Positions 11,150-22,665 of a stretch of 31,640 nt of DNA are shown piece by piece. The notes under the pieces were generated by a model. That model saw nothing but the letters and a program-made list of their open reading frames with translations, did not search any database and was not told the DNA's origin. Each line of letters begins with the position of its first letter. The first letter of the stretch is position 1. A program made the position numbers and the translations under genes. This stretch comes from Tubiluchus corallicola. Lineage: Eukaryota; Animalia; Priapulida. Location of the stretch: positions 1-31,640 of the forward strand of contig JAQGDQ010001633.1 in NCBI GenBank assembly GCA_030141605.1. Direction: 5' to 3'.

Positions 11150-11286
11150 ATTAAATTATAAGGGGTGAGTGAGTAGATGGCCTACGGTCTTTCCTCGCCC
11201 CATCTCCACAGATAAAGTTATTTTTTCGTAAAATGGAAATTTGTGACACAAATTGGAGAAAAATAAAATGTCTATGTCTATGTCTA
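11150..11286 (+). mobile_element. CR1-like LINE 3' end
   Basis: Stem-loop GGGGTGAG..TAGATGGCC..GGTCTTTCCTCGCCCC, then AATTGGAGAAAAATAAA and (TGTCTA)3. Same layout as 24740-24903. Confidence 0.6.
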
Positions 11287-11545
11287 AAGCTGTTCCTATC
11301 ACGAAATTCCCTCAAATTTAATTCTGTCACCGGGAAACTTCCAAGTCCGAAGAGCGTTTTTTGCAGTTTTTTTGTTTTTATGTACCGTTGTTTAATCTTT
11401 TTTTCAAAAAACCTGAAAACGAATTTTGTATTGCATTGAAGTAGCTGTCACTCTCTCATAATATTAACTTATGTCTTATTTTCTTGTCAGAAATAATTAA
11501 TTAAACTGCTCCAATTAATTAACTACGAAAGAAAGGATTACTTAA

Positions 11546-11773
11546 TTTTTTACCCAGGACGTCGTAGCTGATCGTCCTACCGAATTTTAACTATATTAGA
11601 CAAATGTTTTGAGAAAAGTGTAAGAGACAGACTGAGTGGGTGAGTTAGTGAGTGAGTGACTGAAGAAATGAACGACTGGAAAGACAAAGCTGACGCTCGG
11701 AAAAGTATGAAATAAAAAAGACTTGTAATCTTCCAGCACCCATCTAACTATACACGCCCGGGTTTGTTTTAGT
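11546..11773. mobile_element. Possible Helentron-associated (HINE/DINE-like) non-autonomous element
   Basis: T-run then ACCCAGGACGT ... ACGCCCGGGT (imperfect subterminal inverted repeat), with an internal degenerate (GAGT)n at about 11633-11660. Confidence 0.3.
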
Positions 11774-12952
11774 AATTAGGCTTGCTTTTGGTCACGTGAC
11801 GTACAGATTTGGATATTGTAGTTATTATGGAAAACTTGCAGTTATGAAAACAAAACGGAAATTTTAATGTGTAAGTTTGAGCGCAGGGTAATTAGTGAAA
11901 AACTAACGTCAGTAATGAAACGGCTATCATTACATTCCTGAATTCAAACAAATAAAAAACCAATTATTTGGCTGCAATATTAACGGTTGTCCGACGTGAC
12001 AACTTTTGTGGTTTTTTACATCATCTGTCTACGCTTAAGGGAATAAATTAGTCTTTCAGAAAACTATGTCTTTATTTAACTACTAGGCGACCGACTGTTG
12101 CTTCATTTTGTTCAACGATACTTGCTTCGACTAGCTGTGGCTGGTAAAACTAAGACACAGTTGAAAATACTGATAGCTTACATTACAACCTCTTGTGGAT
12201 GGAGCTTTACTTTATGGACTTAGTATTAACAAGCATTGGTGAACTATTAGATTATCTTTTTTCGTTGGGCAAAGGTAATTTTTGGGCATTTGTAGCATCT
12301 GAAAGTATTTCCAGCCTGTAAATTTTGAGTTGTATAGCAACACATGTTTATTGAACTGGTACCCGGGTACAAATTAACAGCTGGCACTTGATTTGAACTA
12401 ATTTTATATCATCAACATTTATGAATATTAAAGGATCATCTTATCATAAAAACTGCATAAAATTAGTTTCACGTTTTGTGTTCAAGGAATATGTTGAGTA
12501 AAAACTGAGTAGTATGACACACGCTACCAAACAATAAGAGCGCTGATTGCTCATACTTGATTGTGAGATCCGAAGTAACAGAAGTAATTACGCGACGTAC
12601 TATTTTAGACACTCGTTGCGTTTTTTTTTTGTTCATCCACTATCTGGGTATTTCCGTAACTTAGTTTACCATTATGTCCACGAGATGTCCACGTTATCAA
12701 GACGATAGATTGACAATTTTTAATAACATTGAAAATCGTTCCCCTGCATTTTCTGCCACACCAAATGACAAAGATAAGTTCATTTTTATAACGTGTAGCC
12801 AAAATTGAGTTATGCAAGATTATTGTAGCTTTTCTGTAATCAGCCTTTCAAACTGGGAATCACTTATTGTTTAAATAAAATCTAAATACAATTGTGCAAA
12901 GAGTTATTAATGTAGTTATTATGTAACATTGTTGTGATAACTATTATTAATA

Positions 12953-12954
<2 letters not shown>

Positions 12955-12998
<44 letters not shown>

Positions 12999-13282
12999 TA
13001 ATTCTTTATTTGTCATTAAAATGGTGCACTCATTATAATAAAATCGAGTAATCCTCAGCGTGATGTTACAATAACCACACTGTTCAAGACAAATGCGACC
13101 AGTGCATACTAAAAAAAACTAAATTGCAAAACTATAAACAATAAATGAACATATTTACAAACACCATATTTTTACAAAACAATTTTACGAAAGTACATTA
13201 AATTTTACATGACATATTTTACACTATATATAGATTTGACATGACACAATTAACAGAAACATGATTTACATTACATAAATTT
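12955..13282 (-). mobile_element. Dispersed repeat, probably a LINE 3' UTR with AATAAA and (TA)n tail, copy 1
   Basis: Clearly alignable to 18545-18853 over ~290 bp. The minus strand ends ACAAATAAAGAATTAA then (TA)n. Confidence 0.75.
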
Positions 13283-13483
13283 GTATGAATTATGTATGAA
13301 TCAATTGTTTTTGTCCTATAAGCTCGAGCTACAATAAGGAGATTTTGCCTCTGGTAGATATTCCTTTCACCGTTCATTTAATCCGTCTTGTTTATTAGAT
13401 TGTAACGTAATGTATGTAATGTTGGTTCCATGAACAAACATACATCATGCATACCAGTTCTTATTACGTAGGAAAACTTGCAC

Positions 13484-14704
13484 AATTAAAAAGAAAAACT
13501 AATCTTAATTAGTTAAAAAGAAAAGATAATCTTAATTAGTTAAAAAGAAAAAGTAATCTTAATTAGTTAAAAAGAAAAAGTAATCTTAATTAGTTAAGAA
13601 GAAAAAGTAATCTTAATTAGTTAAAAAGAAAAACTAATCTTAATTAGTTAAAAAGAAAAAGTAATCTTAATTAGTTAAGAAGAAAAAGTAATCTTAATTA
13701 GTTAAAAAGAAAAAGTAATCTTAATTAGTTGAAAAGAAAAAGTAATCTTAATTAGTTAAAAAGAAAAGATGATCTTAATTAGTTAAAAAGAAAAAGTAAT
13801 CTTAATTAGTTAAAAAGAAAAAGTAATCTTAATTAGTTAAGAAGAAAAAGTAATCTTAATTAGTTAAAAAGAAAAACTAATCTTAATTAGTTAAAAAGAA
13901 AAAGTAATCTTAATTAGTTAAGAAGAAAAAGTAATCTTAATTAGTTAAAAAGAAAAAGTAATCTTAATTAGTTAAAAAGAAAAAGTAATCTTAATTAGTT
14001 GAAAAGAAAAACTAATCTTAATTAGTTAAAAAGAAAAAGTAATCTTAATTAGTTAAGAAGAAAAAGTAATCTTAATTAGTTAAAAAGAAAAAGTGATCTT
14101 AATTAGTTGAAAAGAAAAAGTAATCTTAATTAGTTAAAAAGAAAAACTAATCTTAATTAGTTAAAAAGAAAAAGTAATCTTAATTAGTTAAAAAGAAAAA
14201 CTAATCTTAATTAGTTAAAAAGAAAAAGTAATCTTAATTAGTTAAAAAGAAAAAGTAATCTTAATTAGTTAAGAAGAAAAAGTAATCTTAATTAGTTAAA
14301 AAGAAAAAGTAATCTTAATTAGTTGAAAAGAAAAAGTAATCTTAATTAGTTAAAAAGAAAAGATAATCTTAATTAGTTAAAAAGAAAAAGTAATCTTAAT
14401 TAGTTAAAAAGAAAAAGTAATCTTAATTAGTTAAGAAGAAAAAGTAATCTTAATTAGTTAAAAAGAAAAACTAATCTTAATTAGTTAAAAAGAAAAAGTA
14501 ATCTTAATTAGTTAAGAAGAAAAAGTAATCTTAACTATAGTTAAAAAGAAAAAGTAATCTTAATTAGTTGAAAAGAAAAAGTAATCTTAATTAGTTAAAA
14601 AGAAAAAGTAATCTTAATTAGTTAAAAAGAAAAAGTACTCTTAATTAGTTAAAAAGAAAAGATAATCTTAATTAGTTAAAAAGAAAAAGTAATCTTAATT
14701 AGTT
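13484..14704. repeat. 27-bp minisatellite, about 45 units, consensus TAATCTTAATTAGTTAAAAAGAAAAAG
   Basis: Directly visible tandem array with period 27 (AATCTT at 13501, 13528 and onward). Confidence 0.98.
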
Positions 14705-15700
14705 GACCTTCTTTTCCATGTAATTAACCTTTTTTAAAAAACCAAATAGGCCACTAAAGAGTTAGTTTGTTAAATTGTTCAAATTATTGTGTCTGTTATG
14801 CACTGACAATCTTAAAATTGCTAAACAAATAATCTAATCTTAATCTTAATTACATATAGAACAGAAAAAAACAATAATCGCAATACTAGACACGACTGAA
14901 TTATTTAAACATTATTTATATTATCATTAGGTAAGCGCGGGCAGACAATTCGCAGAAAGTTAGTCAGCATGACGCTATTCTCAGCCATGTAGGGTCTGAA
15001 AACGGAAGTAGCTAAGAATAGCCGGAAAAAGGAAGCATTCCAGAATGGACAAAATGAATCATTTTCCAACTGTACTTACCTGTTACACTTTTTCGACCAT
15101 AAGTTAGATAGATTCTTTTATTTCGGCAGCTAGGTCATAAACCTATGTTATAAATTTAGGTATAAACAAAAAAATATACACGCAGTTACAAGGACATTTA
15201 CAATGACAATTACAAATATACAATCTAAAACTACAATCAGTAAAAAAATAATAGAAAAGCTACAATTGGAAACGTGTCCCCATTTTGACCATTGACTCTG
15301 CTCTCAGCTGCTAGCCGGAGCTAACCGGATGTCAAATATATTTGGTTCATTTCGAATTTGTTTAAATATTTCAGACTGAAAATAGATGTCTAATTTCAAA
15401 ATACATTTCACACAGAAGTTTTGTGAATTTTCTAGCCTGACAAATAGAAAGTAAGCTAAGCGTCTAAAATGGCTCATAAATGACTTTCTTTCGTTTTTCC
15501 AATTATACGTCGCTGTTTTTCGACTGTATTTCATAAGGATGGCAGATGAGCCTACTAAATAATTTTCTGCGTCATATCTATAAAATTACTGATGCTTCTG
15601 CTTAGGTCAGACTTAGGTTACCACGTATAAAAGTCTTGCTACTTCGTCGACACGAAGCCAGTTTCTGTCGAGAGCCTGCCATGAAATTGGCCAATAAGTT

Positions 15701-16008
15701 AATAAACAATAAACGTTTAACATTTCTTTTCTTTATAGGGCATTCTACTGTATTGGTCTTCCTTTATCGCTGTCTCATATAGATTACCCTGATCGATTCT
15801 ATCGATTGTATAATTTTATATTCATTTATTCTTTGCGATCTAATAACTAAAAATAAAGCTCAAGTTTAACCCACAAACAATAAACGAATATAAAATTATA
15901 CAATCGATAGAATCGATCAGCGTAATCGATATGAGACAGCGATAAAGGAAGACCAATACAGTAGAATGCCCTATAAAGAAAAGAAATGTTACACGTTTAT
16001 TGTTTATT
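15701..16008. repeat. Long inverted repeat (fold-back): 137-bp arms, 34-bp spacer
   Basis: 15701-15837 is the reverse complement of 15872-16008 with only a few mismatches, e.g. CTTTATAGGGCATTCTACTGTATTGGTCTTCCTTTATCGCTGTCTCATAT / ATATGAGACAGCGATAAAGGAAGACCAATACAGTAGAATGCCCTATAAAG. Confidence 0.95.
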
Positions 16009-16430
16009 TTATTTCTCTCACGTTCCTGCATCGTGTTTACCTTCACATTCAAGAGACAAGCCGCCGTTCCTTATTATTAAAATTTTCTATTTGGATTTTT
16101 GCCGTAACCTTTCCAACGTTGCCTTCGTCACTTCTAAAACGCAGAAAATATTTTTAAGGTAAATAGAAAAAGAGCGTTCGGGCAAAGAGTAGCAATATGC
16201 ACATTGATCTGTACATCAAACGAAAGGGCTTGACACACATATTTACCATTGGGGGGTTATTTTTCGAATGGGCCCCCACCTGGAGGAACGATAGGTGAAA
16301 AACCTCCAAAACGGCCTCTTTTTGCCCGTCTTCGGAAAATCACAAAAATTTTGCCTCTTGTTTCTTAGAGAACGGGAATTTGTCAGGCATGAAGTCTAGA
16401 ATGGTTGTATTGCCCGTTCAACGGTGGGTG

Positions 16431-16851
16431 TATAGGTTTTACACGTCAAATATAGACATAGGAAAGTTCAAATGTGACTTAGGTAAGTCAAATGTAGATG
16501 TATTACTTTGAATAAATCGGTAACTAAGTTATTCAAGTGCAAATTAGAAAAAGATAAACCAAAGATAGTGCATCTATTAGTAGGCCTATAACGTTGTTAT
16601 TTTAACTTAGTAGCAATTATTAAATTGAAATTAAAGAAGATTAAATTTAACATCCTTAAACTTTACCACCGATCCACATTTGAGATACCAATGTCACATT
16701 TGACTTGACATGTGTCTACATTTGACTTACCAAAAACGCTTAAGATTTGTTGAAAACCATTGTTAACACATTTGAACTACCTAAATCTACGTTTGAGTTA
16801 CCAAGACACATTTGAATTACATAAATCTACATTTGACATGTAAAACCTATA
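16431..16851 (-). mobile_element. MITE family A, copy 2 (inverted, short form, 421 bp)
   Basis: TATAGGTTTTACACGTCAAAT ... ATTTGACATGTAAAACCTATA. The core is the reverse complement of the core of 1-592, with fewer subterminal repeats. Confidence 0.92.
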
Positions 16852-17216
16852 GTTGTGCCTGCAGAACACGTAAGATTATAGCCTACCAAAGCTCGCGGTT
16901 GACACTTGAGTGGCAAATGCATGAGCTCCTAGCGCCTAGTGGGAGAGCAGTCTTTATTCAGGGGACCCATAAGTCACGTAGCTAACATTAATTAAATGCA
17001 TTATGAAAGACATTATGGCACATTTGTGTTGTATGTAGGAACAGTGAGACACGAAACTGATACATTAGCTGACATTCTTATCTATCTGTAACTATTGCAA
17101 ATTTTATGCACATCGACACGGCAAGCGTACCCACTGACATAGTGACACACTAAACACAGACCACTGTGATACACTCTGAGCTAAAAGACTCAAAGAAAAC
17201 GGTACAATTGCAGTAA

Positions 17217-17493
17217 TATAGGTTTTGCACGTCAAATGTAGACACAGGAAAGTTCAAATGTGACTTAGGTAAGTCAAATGTAGACACAGGAATATCGAAT
17301 GTGTTTTGGTAACTCAAATGTGACTTAGGTAAGTCAAATGTAGACATAAGAATTTTGAATGTGTTTTGGTAACTCAAATGTGACTTAGGTAAGTCAAATG
17401 TAGACATAAGAATTTTGAATGTGTTTTGGTAACTCAAATGAGACTTGGATAAGTCAAATGTAGACACGGTACTTTGAATAAATCCGTAATTAA
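17217..17493 (-). mobile_element. MITE family A, copy 3 (single arm)
   Basis: TATAGGTTTTGCACGTCAAATGTAGAC, then a 42-bp and three 60-bp subterminal units. Similarity to the other copies stops after ACTTTGAATAAATCCGTAATTAA, and no second terminus is seen. Confidence 0.85.
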
Positions 17494-17882
17494 CTCGTTT
17501 AACTCATATACAACAAACGATATTGTGTCTAAAATTATATTGTATTCGATAAAATTACAATATTATATATATAATATATTATAATATTATTGTATTCGAT
17601 AGATACAGTATTGTTTCTTGGCTGTTTCCATTTTTTTGTATTTCTCCATTTTTATGCTAACGTCCATTAACGTCCGAGGTTATGCTAAAACTGATGTATC
17701 TAAAAATTTACGTACATACACATAATCGATTGTGTTTTGTTAACTTTGTTACTTCTTGTTACATTTGTAAACAAGTGAATTTTACCGATGAACTCTGTGC
17801 TTAGTCTGTCCCTCTCTGGTCCCAAAGAATTGTGAAGTTTTTGTCTGGCTTGAGTTGAGTTTGGGTTTTCAATGCCAATTTA

Positions 17883-18410
17883 AGGTAACCGACAAGTCGC
17901 TTAGCATGTTGGGTTAGTTTTGTTATTATTATAACTTGAACTTAGAAAAATATAGCAAAGAAATTTACAGAAAAACTCTCTCTAAGACGTAAACTTAATT
18001 TATCTTATCGCTAAATGTAAATTTTCACGCGCCATTCACTTACTGGGAAACTTCGGGACTTTTCGTAAACACATCGTGGTTTTCCGTAAGTGCACGCTGC
18101 TTAAACTAATTCAAACATCTGCAGCTTACCTAATGTTCAGACAAGAATATCACAGAAAAATCTGATTTTTTTTGTAAAAACTTATAATTTGACGAAAATA
18201 GACAGTGCGCTGCTTTTCTTCAGTTGATGAATGACGTCATTGGAGGAATGAATGTTCAAAATGGGAGCGCACAAACGTGAAGTGATCGCGACTTTAAAGT
18301 GACTTTACTAATTACACAAGGCGATTATAACATTTTTATTACTAAATCCTTTTAAAACTTTTCCCGAAAATCGAAATAAGCCCAACTTCCCAGAAGGCTT
18401 GGCCTTTCCT
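17883..18410. mobile_element. TTAA-ended (Kolobok-like) non-autonomous element, family B, apparently full length
   Basis: TTTA|AGGTAACCGACAAG ... CTTGGCCTTTCCT|TTAA. AGG..CCT termini with TTAA-like flanks fit Kolobok (TTAA TSD, RR..YY ends). Homologous to 4612-5129 and 19085-19570. Confidence 0.75.
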
Positions 18411-18544
18411 TTAATGTGTTCGATATTCCATGATTTCCGAAAAGAGACGGAAGTCACAGTGTTGTAACGTAGGAGGGTGTATGTTGTTCGCATTTTACAG
18501 TCGCGATGTTGCAGACAATGCAATAAAACACTTTTCTGCGAGCA

Positions 18545-18853
18545 TATATATATATATATATGTATGTATTAATTCTTTATTTGTCATTAAAATGGTTCAC
18601 TCATTATCATAAAATTGAGTAAGCCTCAGCGTAATGTTAAAACAACAACACTGTTCAAGACAAATGCGTCCAGTGCAGACTAAAAAAACTAAGGCCTAAT
18701 TATATACAATAAATGAACATATTTACAAACACCATATTAAAATATTTTTACAAAACAATATTACAAAAGTACATTAAATTTTACATATTTTACACTATAT
18801 ATACATTTGACCTGACACAATTAACAGAAACATGCTTTACATTACATAAATTT
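18545..18853 (-). mobile_element. Dispersed repeat, probably a LINE 3' UTR, copy 2
   Basis: Homologous to 12955-13282, same orientation, same (TA)n tail. Confidence 0.75.
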
Positions 18854-19084
18854 CACATTTGACATTACAAAACTAACATAACACGTATTACATTATGTAA
18901 TTTTTAAAAAAAAATCATATGCGGATTGATACGACAAGATTCTGGGTTCGGATCCTGATTGACTCGTAATTATTCAGTACCTACCCTCTTCGGTTAATTA
19001 GGGTTTTTTAATTGTCGGTTACATAGGTCATTATATATATTAATTCTGGTTTATCATAGTTCAGATCTAAAAGTCAGTCATTAA

Positions 19085-19570
19085 AGGAAAGACCAAGCCT
19101 TCTTGTAAGTTAGGTGTAATTCAATTTTCCGAAAAAAAATGTTAAAAGGATTTAGTAATAGCAGGGTGATAAGCGTCTCGTTTAATTAGTAAAATTACTC
19201 TAAAGCCGCGATCATTTAATGCTTAGACCCTCCCATTTGAATATCCATTCTTCCACCAATGACGTCATTGTTGGCTGAAGACAAGCATCGCACTGTCAAT
19301 TTTCGTCAAAGTGTAAAAGGTTTTACAAAAATTTTGATGTTTTTACCTGAACACCAGGTAAACTGCAGAAGCTGGAACTAGTTTAAGCAGTGTACATTTA
19401 CGAGAAGTCACGAAGTGCACTAGTTACCTCATCATTTTCAAGTGAATGGCGGCAGCCACAGCTCCTGAAAATTTCTGTAGTACAGCCGTAATTTATAAAT
19501 TAACTTCATGTTTTATAGGCAGTTTTTCTGCAAATTTCTTTGTTCTATTTTTCTAAGTTTGAGCAATAAC
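19085..19570. mobile_element. TTAA-ended (Kolobok-like) element, family B, inverted copy, far end missing
   Basis: TTAA|AGGAAAGACCAAGCCTTCT (19081 onward) is the reverse complement of the end of 17883-18410. Similarity continues to TATTTTTCTAAGTT at about 19560. Confidence 0.75.
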
Positions 19571-20135
19571 TGTAAAATCTTTCTGCCCCTCTTTGTCTTG
19601 TGTTCTCTTTGAAGAATTTACATCTCTAATATTTATTTCTTGGTTTTTCAGCTTGATTTTTACAATTTTGCCAAATTTCAAAACACTGTTCTTGTCTTAT
19701 TTGGTTCTTGTAACGTGTTCCAGGAAGCAGGTGTTTAAATACAGAAATCGAACAAAAATAAATTTAGCACATCTTCGTACGACTGGTCTCTTATTTGTCG
19801 AATTTGCAAGAGTTGAATGTTTGTGGATCTTAACACGTTTTGTAGCGCTTTTCATTTCCAATTTGATGCTGATGATGACAAGGTTCGAGAAATTCAATTT
19901 ACGTGTCGGTTTTTGCTGCTGATTTGGGTTAGATGGCGCTGCGATCGATGTGAACATAAGACCGACATATCAACGCGCTGTAAAAGTTTGTTTTACTTGG
20001 TTTATTTTACAATTAACTTAACTTAATGTTTCTTTTAATGCTCGTTATGATTCTATTTGCTACCCGATCATTTTATTGTGTTAAACAATCGTAAATGCAA
20101 CCTTTTGATATGTATTTGCATGAGTGATATGTATA

Positions 20136-20779
20136 TATAGGTTTTACATGTCAAATGTAGACCTACGTTAACTCAAATGTAGAACTAGGTAATTCAAATG
20201 TGTCTTGGTAACTCAAACGTAGACTTAGGTAGTTCAAATGTGTTAACAATGGTTTTCAAGAAATCTTAAGCGTTTTTGGTAAGTCAAATGTAGACACGTG
20301 TCAAGTCAAATGTGACATTGGTATCTCAAATGTGGATAGGTGGTAAAGTTTAAGGATGTTAAATTTAATCTTCTTTAATTTCAATTTAATAATTGCTCTT
20401 AAGTTAAAATAACAACGTTATAGGCCTAATCGATGCACTATCTTCGGTTTATCTTTTTCTAATTTGCACTTAAATAACTTAATTACCGATTTATTCAAAG
20501 TAATGCATTTACATTTGACTTACCGAAGTCACATTTGAGTTAATAAAACACATTTGAAATTCCTATGTCTACATTTGACTTACCCAAGTCACATTTGAAC
20601 TTTTCTGTGTCTACATTTGACTTACCTAAGTCACATTTGAGTTACCAAAACACAATCGAAATTCCTATGTCTACATTTGACTTACCTAAGTCACATTTGA
20701 ACTTTCCTGTGTCTACATTTGACTTACCTAAGTCACATTTGAACTTTCCTGTGTCTACATTTGACGTGTAAAACCTATA
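20136..20779 (+). mobile_element. MITE family A, copy 4 (644 bp), inserted in a (TA)n tract
   Basis: Same TIRs and core as 1-592, with TA repeats on both flanks and a longer right-arm repeat array. Confidence 0.93.
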
Positions 20780-20799
20780 TATATATATATATATGTAAA

Positions 20800-20882
20800 T
20801 AATTTAGGGCCTCTTTGGAAAGTAGTGCTAGGCACTGAAGGAGCTACAGTCATAAAATTTTACTAATAAATAAATAAATAAA
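20800..20882 (+). mobile_element. Probable LINE (L2/CR1-group) extreme 3' end
   Basis: Short hairpin AGTGCTAGGCACT followed by a (TAAA)n tail. Confidence 0.35.
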
Positions 20883-20969
20883 CAGAAAATTAGCACAATT
20901 GAAGTGAAATAAATACGCTAAAATAGGAGCTGTTTTAACACATAAGCACCATATGTATTAGTTTAGGTT

Positions 20970-21037
20970 AAACTTTATTTATTTAAAATGGATTTACAGA
21001 CAACGGCCAGCATCATGCATGCACTGCTGGCCGTAAC
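20970..21037 (-). repeat. Perfect 10-bp stem-loop with adjacent AATAAA tail (probable LINE 3' end)
   Basis: ACGGCCAGCA (21003-21012) pairs with TGCTGGCCGT (21025-21034) around a 12-nt loop. The minus strand continues to AAATAAATAAAG. Confidence 0.45.
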
Positions 21038-21619
21038 GAGCATGACTGACAAAGGTTCAGTTAATTTTGAGGCGGAGGGTCCCCGGTTCAAACCCAGTCT
21101 GCGTTACAATTTTTTTACATTTCCTCTCTTTCAAGTTTAGTTTCAAAATTTAACTTAATTGTGGCTTTGTGCCATCGCTATCAATATGCTCGATTTTAGG
21201 ATTAAAAATATTTAGGATTTATTTATTTTTGCATCGTGATAACAATCAACTCAAAAAGTATTTAATTAGCGCCCAGGGAAGCTGGAGAACGAGATGCTGA
21301 TGGTTGAAAGCTACCCCCACTCGCGTGCTGCATAACAGATTACCTTAGGTAGCCGTGTGTCATCATGTCACTGGCTTCTACAGGCAATAATCATAATTAT
21401 CAGTTATTCGCTACTGGTCACACCAATGCGGTGGCAATAGGCCCATAAATCTTCCTGTAATTTCCAACCTTTAGCGTTCACAACAGACAGACTGGACTGT
21501 CATTATGTAGGAGCTTTTCCTCCAGGGGATAACAGGGACGAGCCACATCCGCGCATTCCAAAATCGGAAATGTATTTCATAGTGCAATATAATTATATTG
21601 TAGTACAATTATGAGTGTC

Positions 21620-22168
21620 CATGTTTATTGAGCGAAGATCGTTTCGGCTGACATAGCCATTATCAAACCACAAATCAAGGCGGAAAAAAAGAATACATAA
21701 TACATTGCTCATACAAAGGCACAAACTGAAACTACAGAACAACAGATTACAATTTAACTTATCAAAATAAACTAGGTTATAATGGAAGAAATTGCAGAGA
21801 AATGTAAAAACATTTACCTAACACATGAGAACCAGAAAAGGACACAACATAGCAAACAATAAGTCCAAGTCTACATAATGAACAACCACAACAGTAATCA
21901 TTATTATGTGCTTCATTATGTAGACGTGGACTAATTGTTTGCTATGTTGTGTCCTTTTCTGGTTCTCATGTGTTAAAGTTTTTACATTTCACTGCAATTT
22001 CTTCTATTATAACCTTGTTTATTTTGATTAGTTAAATTCTAATCTGTTGTTTTGTAGTTCAGTTTGTGCCTTTGTATCATTAATATATTATTTATTCTCT
22101 TTTTCTGACTTGATTTATACTTTCATAATGGCTATGACAGCCCAAATGGACGTCGCTCAATAAACATG
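21620..22168. mobile_element. Long inverted repeat (~260-bp arms), probable Penelope-like element remnant
   Basis: 21620-21882 is the diverged reverse complement of 21912-22168. Each arm ends in a hammerhead-like motif followed by AATAAA. Confidence 0.75.
21625..21680 (-). ncRNA. Minimal type I hammerhead ribozyme-like motif (degenerate)
   Basis: Minus strand TTGATAA-T-GGCT-ATGTC-AGCC-GAAA-CGATCTTC: a UUGAUAA core (U3-A8 variant of CUGANGA), a 4-bp stem II, and GAAA. Stem I pairing is weak. Confidence 0.5.
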
Positions 22169-22374
22169 TTGATTTCTAGCTCTTTCATGTGATTTTCGTC
22201 CTGATAAATTTCTCTTTTCGTCCTTAAAAGAAAACCGGATGATTATTTAGACTCATCTCATTTTAATTTACTGTCCAAAATATACATTTTCCTGCCTATG
22301 AAAGTCAGCAATTGTTTCTTATATTTGAATAATTAGCTTAGAAAGTTCATTAACGGCAACCGAACACGGCTATT

Positions 22375-22665
22375 GTTTACGTCAAAAACTAACCACAGTT
22401 TGCGCAATAGCGCCATCTTCCTTTGCGCGTCAAGCACGTTTGCGTAAGTGTCACTGCCTGAACGCGTGATGTCACGAAAATGGGCTCTACGTCATATGAC
22501 ATCAAAAACTAACACTGCAGTTCATGATCATGGTCATCAAGGTACCGCCTTCCATTTGTCGGGCGCACGAATGTCAGAAAAAGGCGTCGCTGCCAATCTT
22601 AGTAGATTCAATCTGAGCCGCGCGTAGCTTTGAAAGTTTAACGAAATATGAGTGTCTGAGGTAAT
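22375..22665. promoter_or_regulatory. CpG-rich promoter-like patch
   Basis: Locally dense CpG with TTGCGCAAT, GCGCCATCTT, CGTGATGTCACG and two (C/G)(A/G)TCAAAAACTAAC motifs, plus a possible donor GAG|GTAATT at 22661. No transcript evidence. Confidence 0.3.

Noticed and set aside
19580-20026. Overlapping 69-109 aa ORFs
   Set aside because: No recognisable motif, no clear splice context, and conflicting strands.
17150-20771. Repeat-peptide ORFs MSTFDLPKSHL (17150-17467, 20565-20771, and the reverse reading at 443-670)
   Set aside because: They are translations of the 42-bp and 60-bp subterminal modules of MITE family A.
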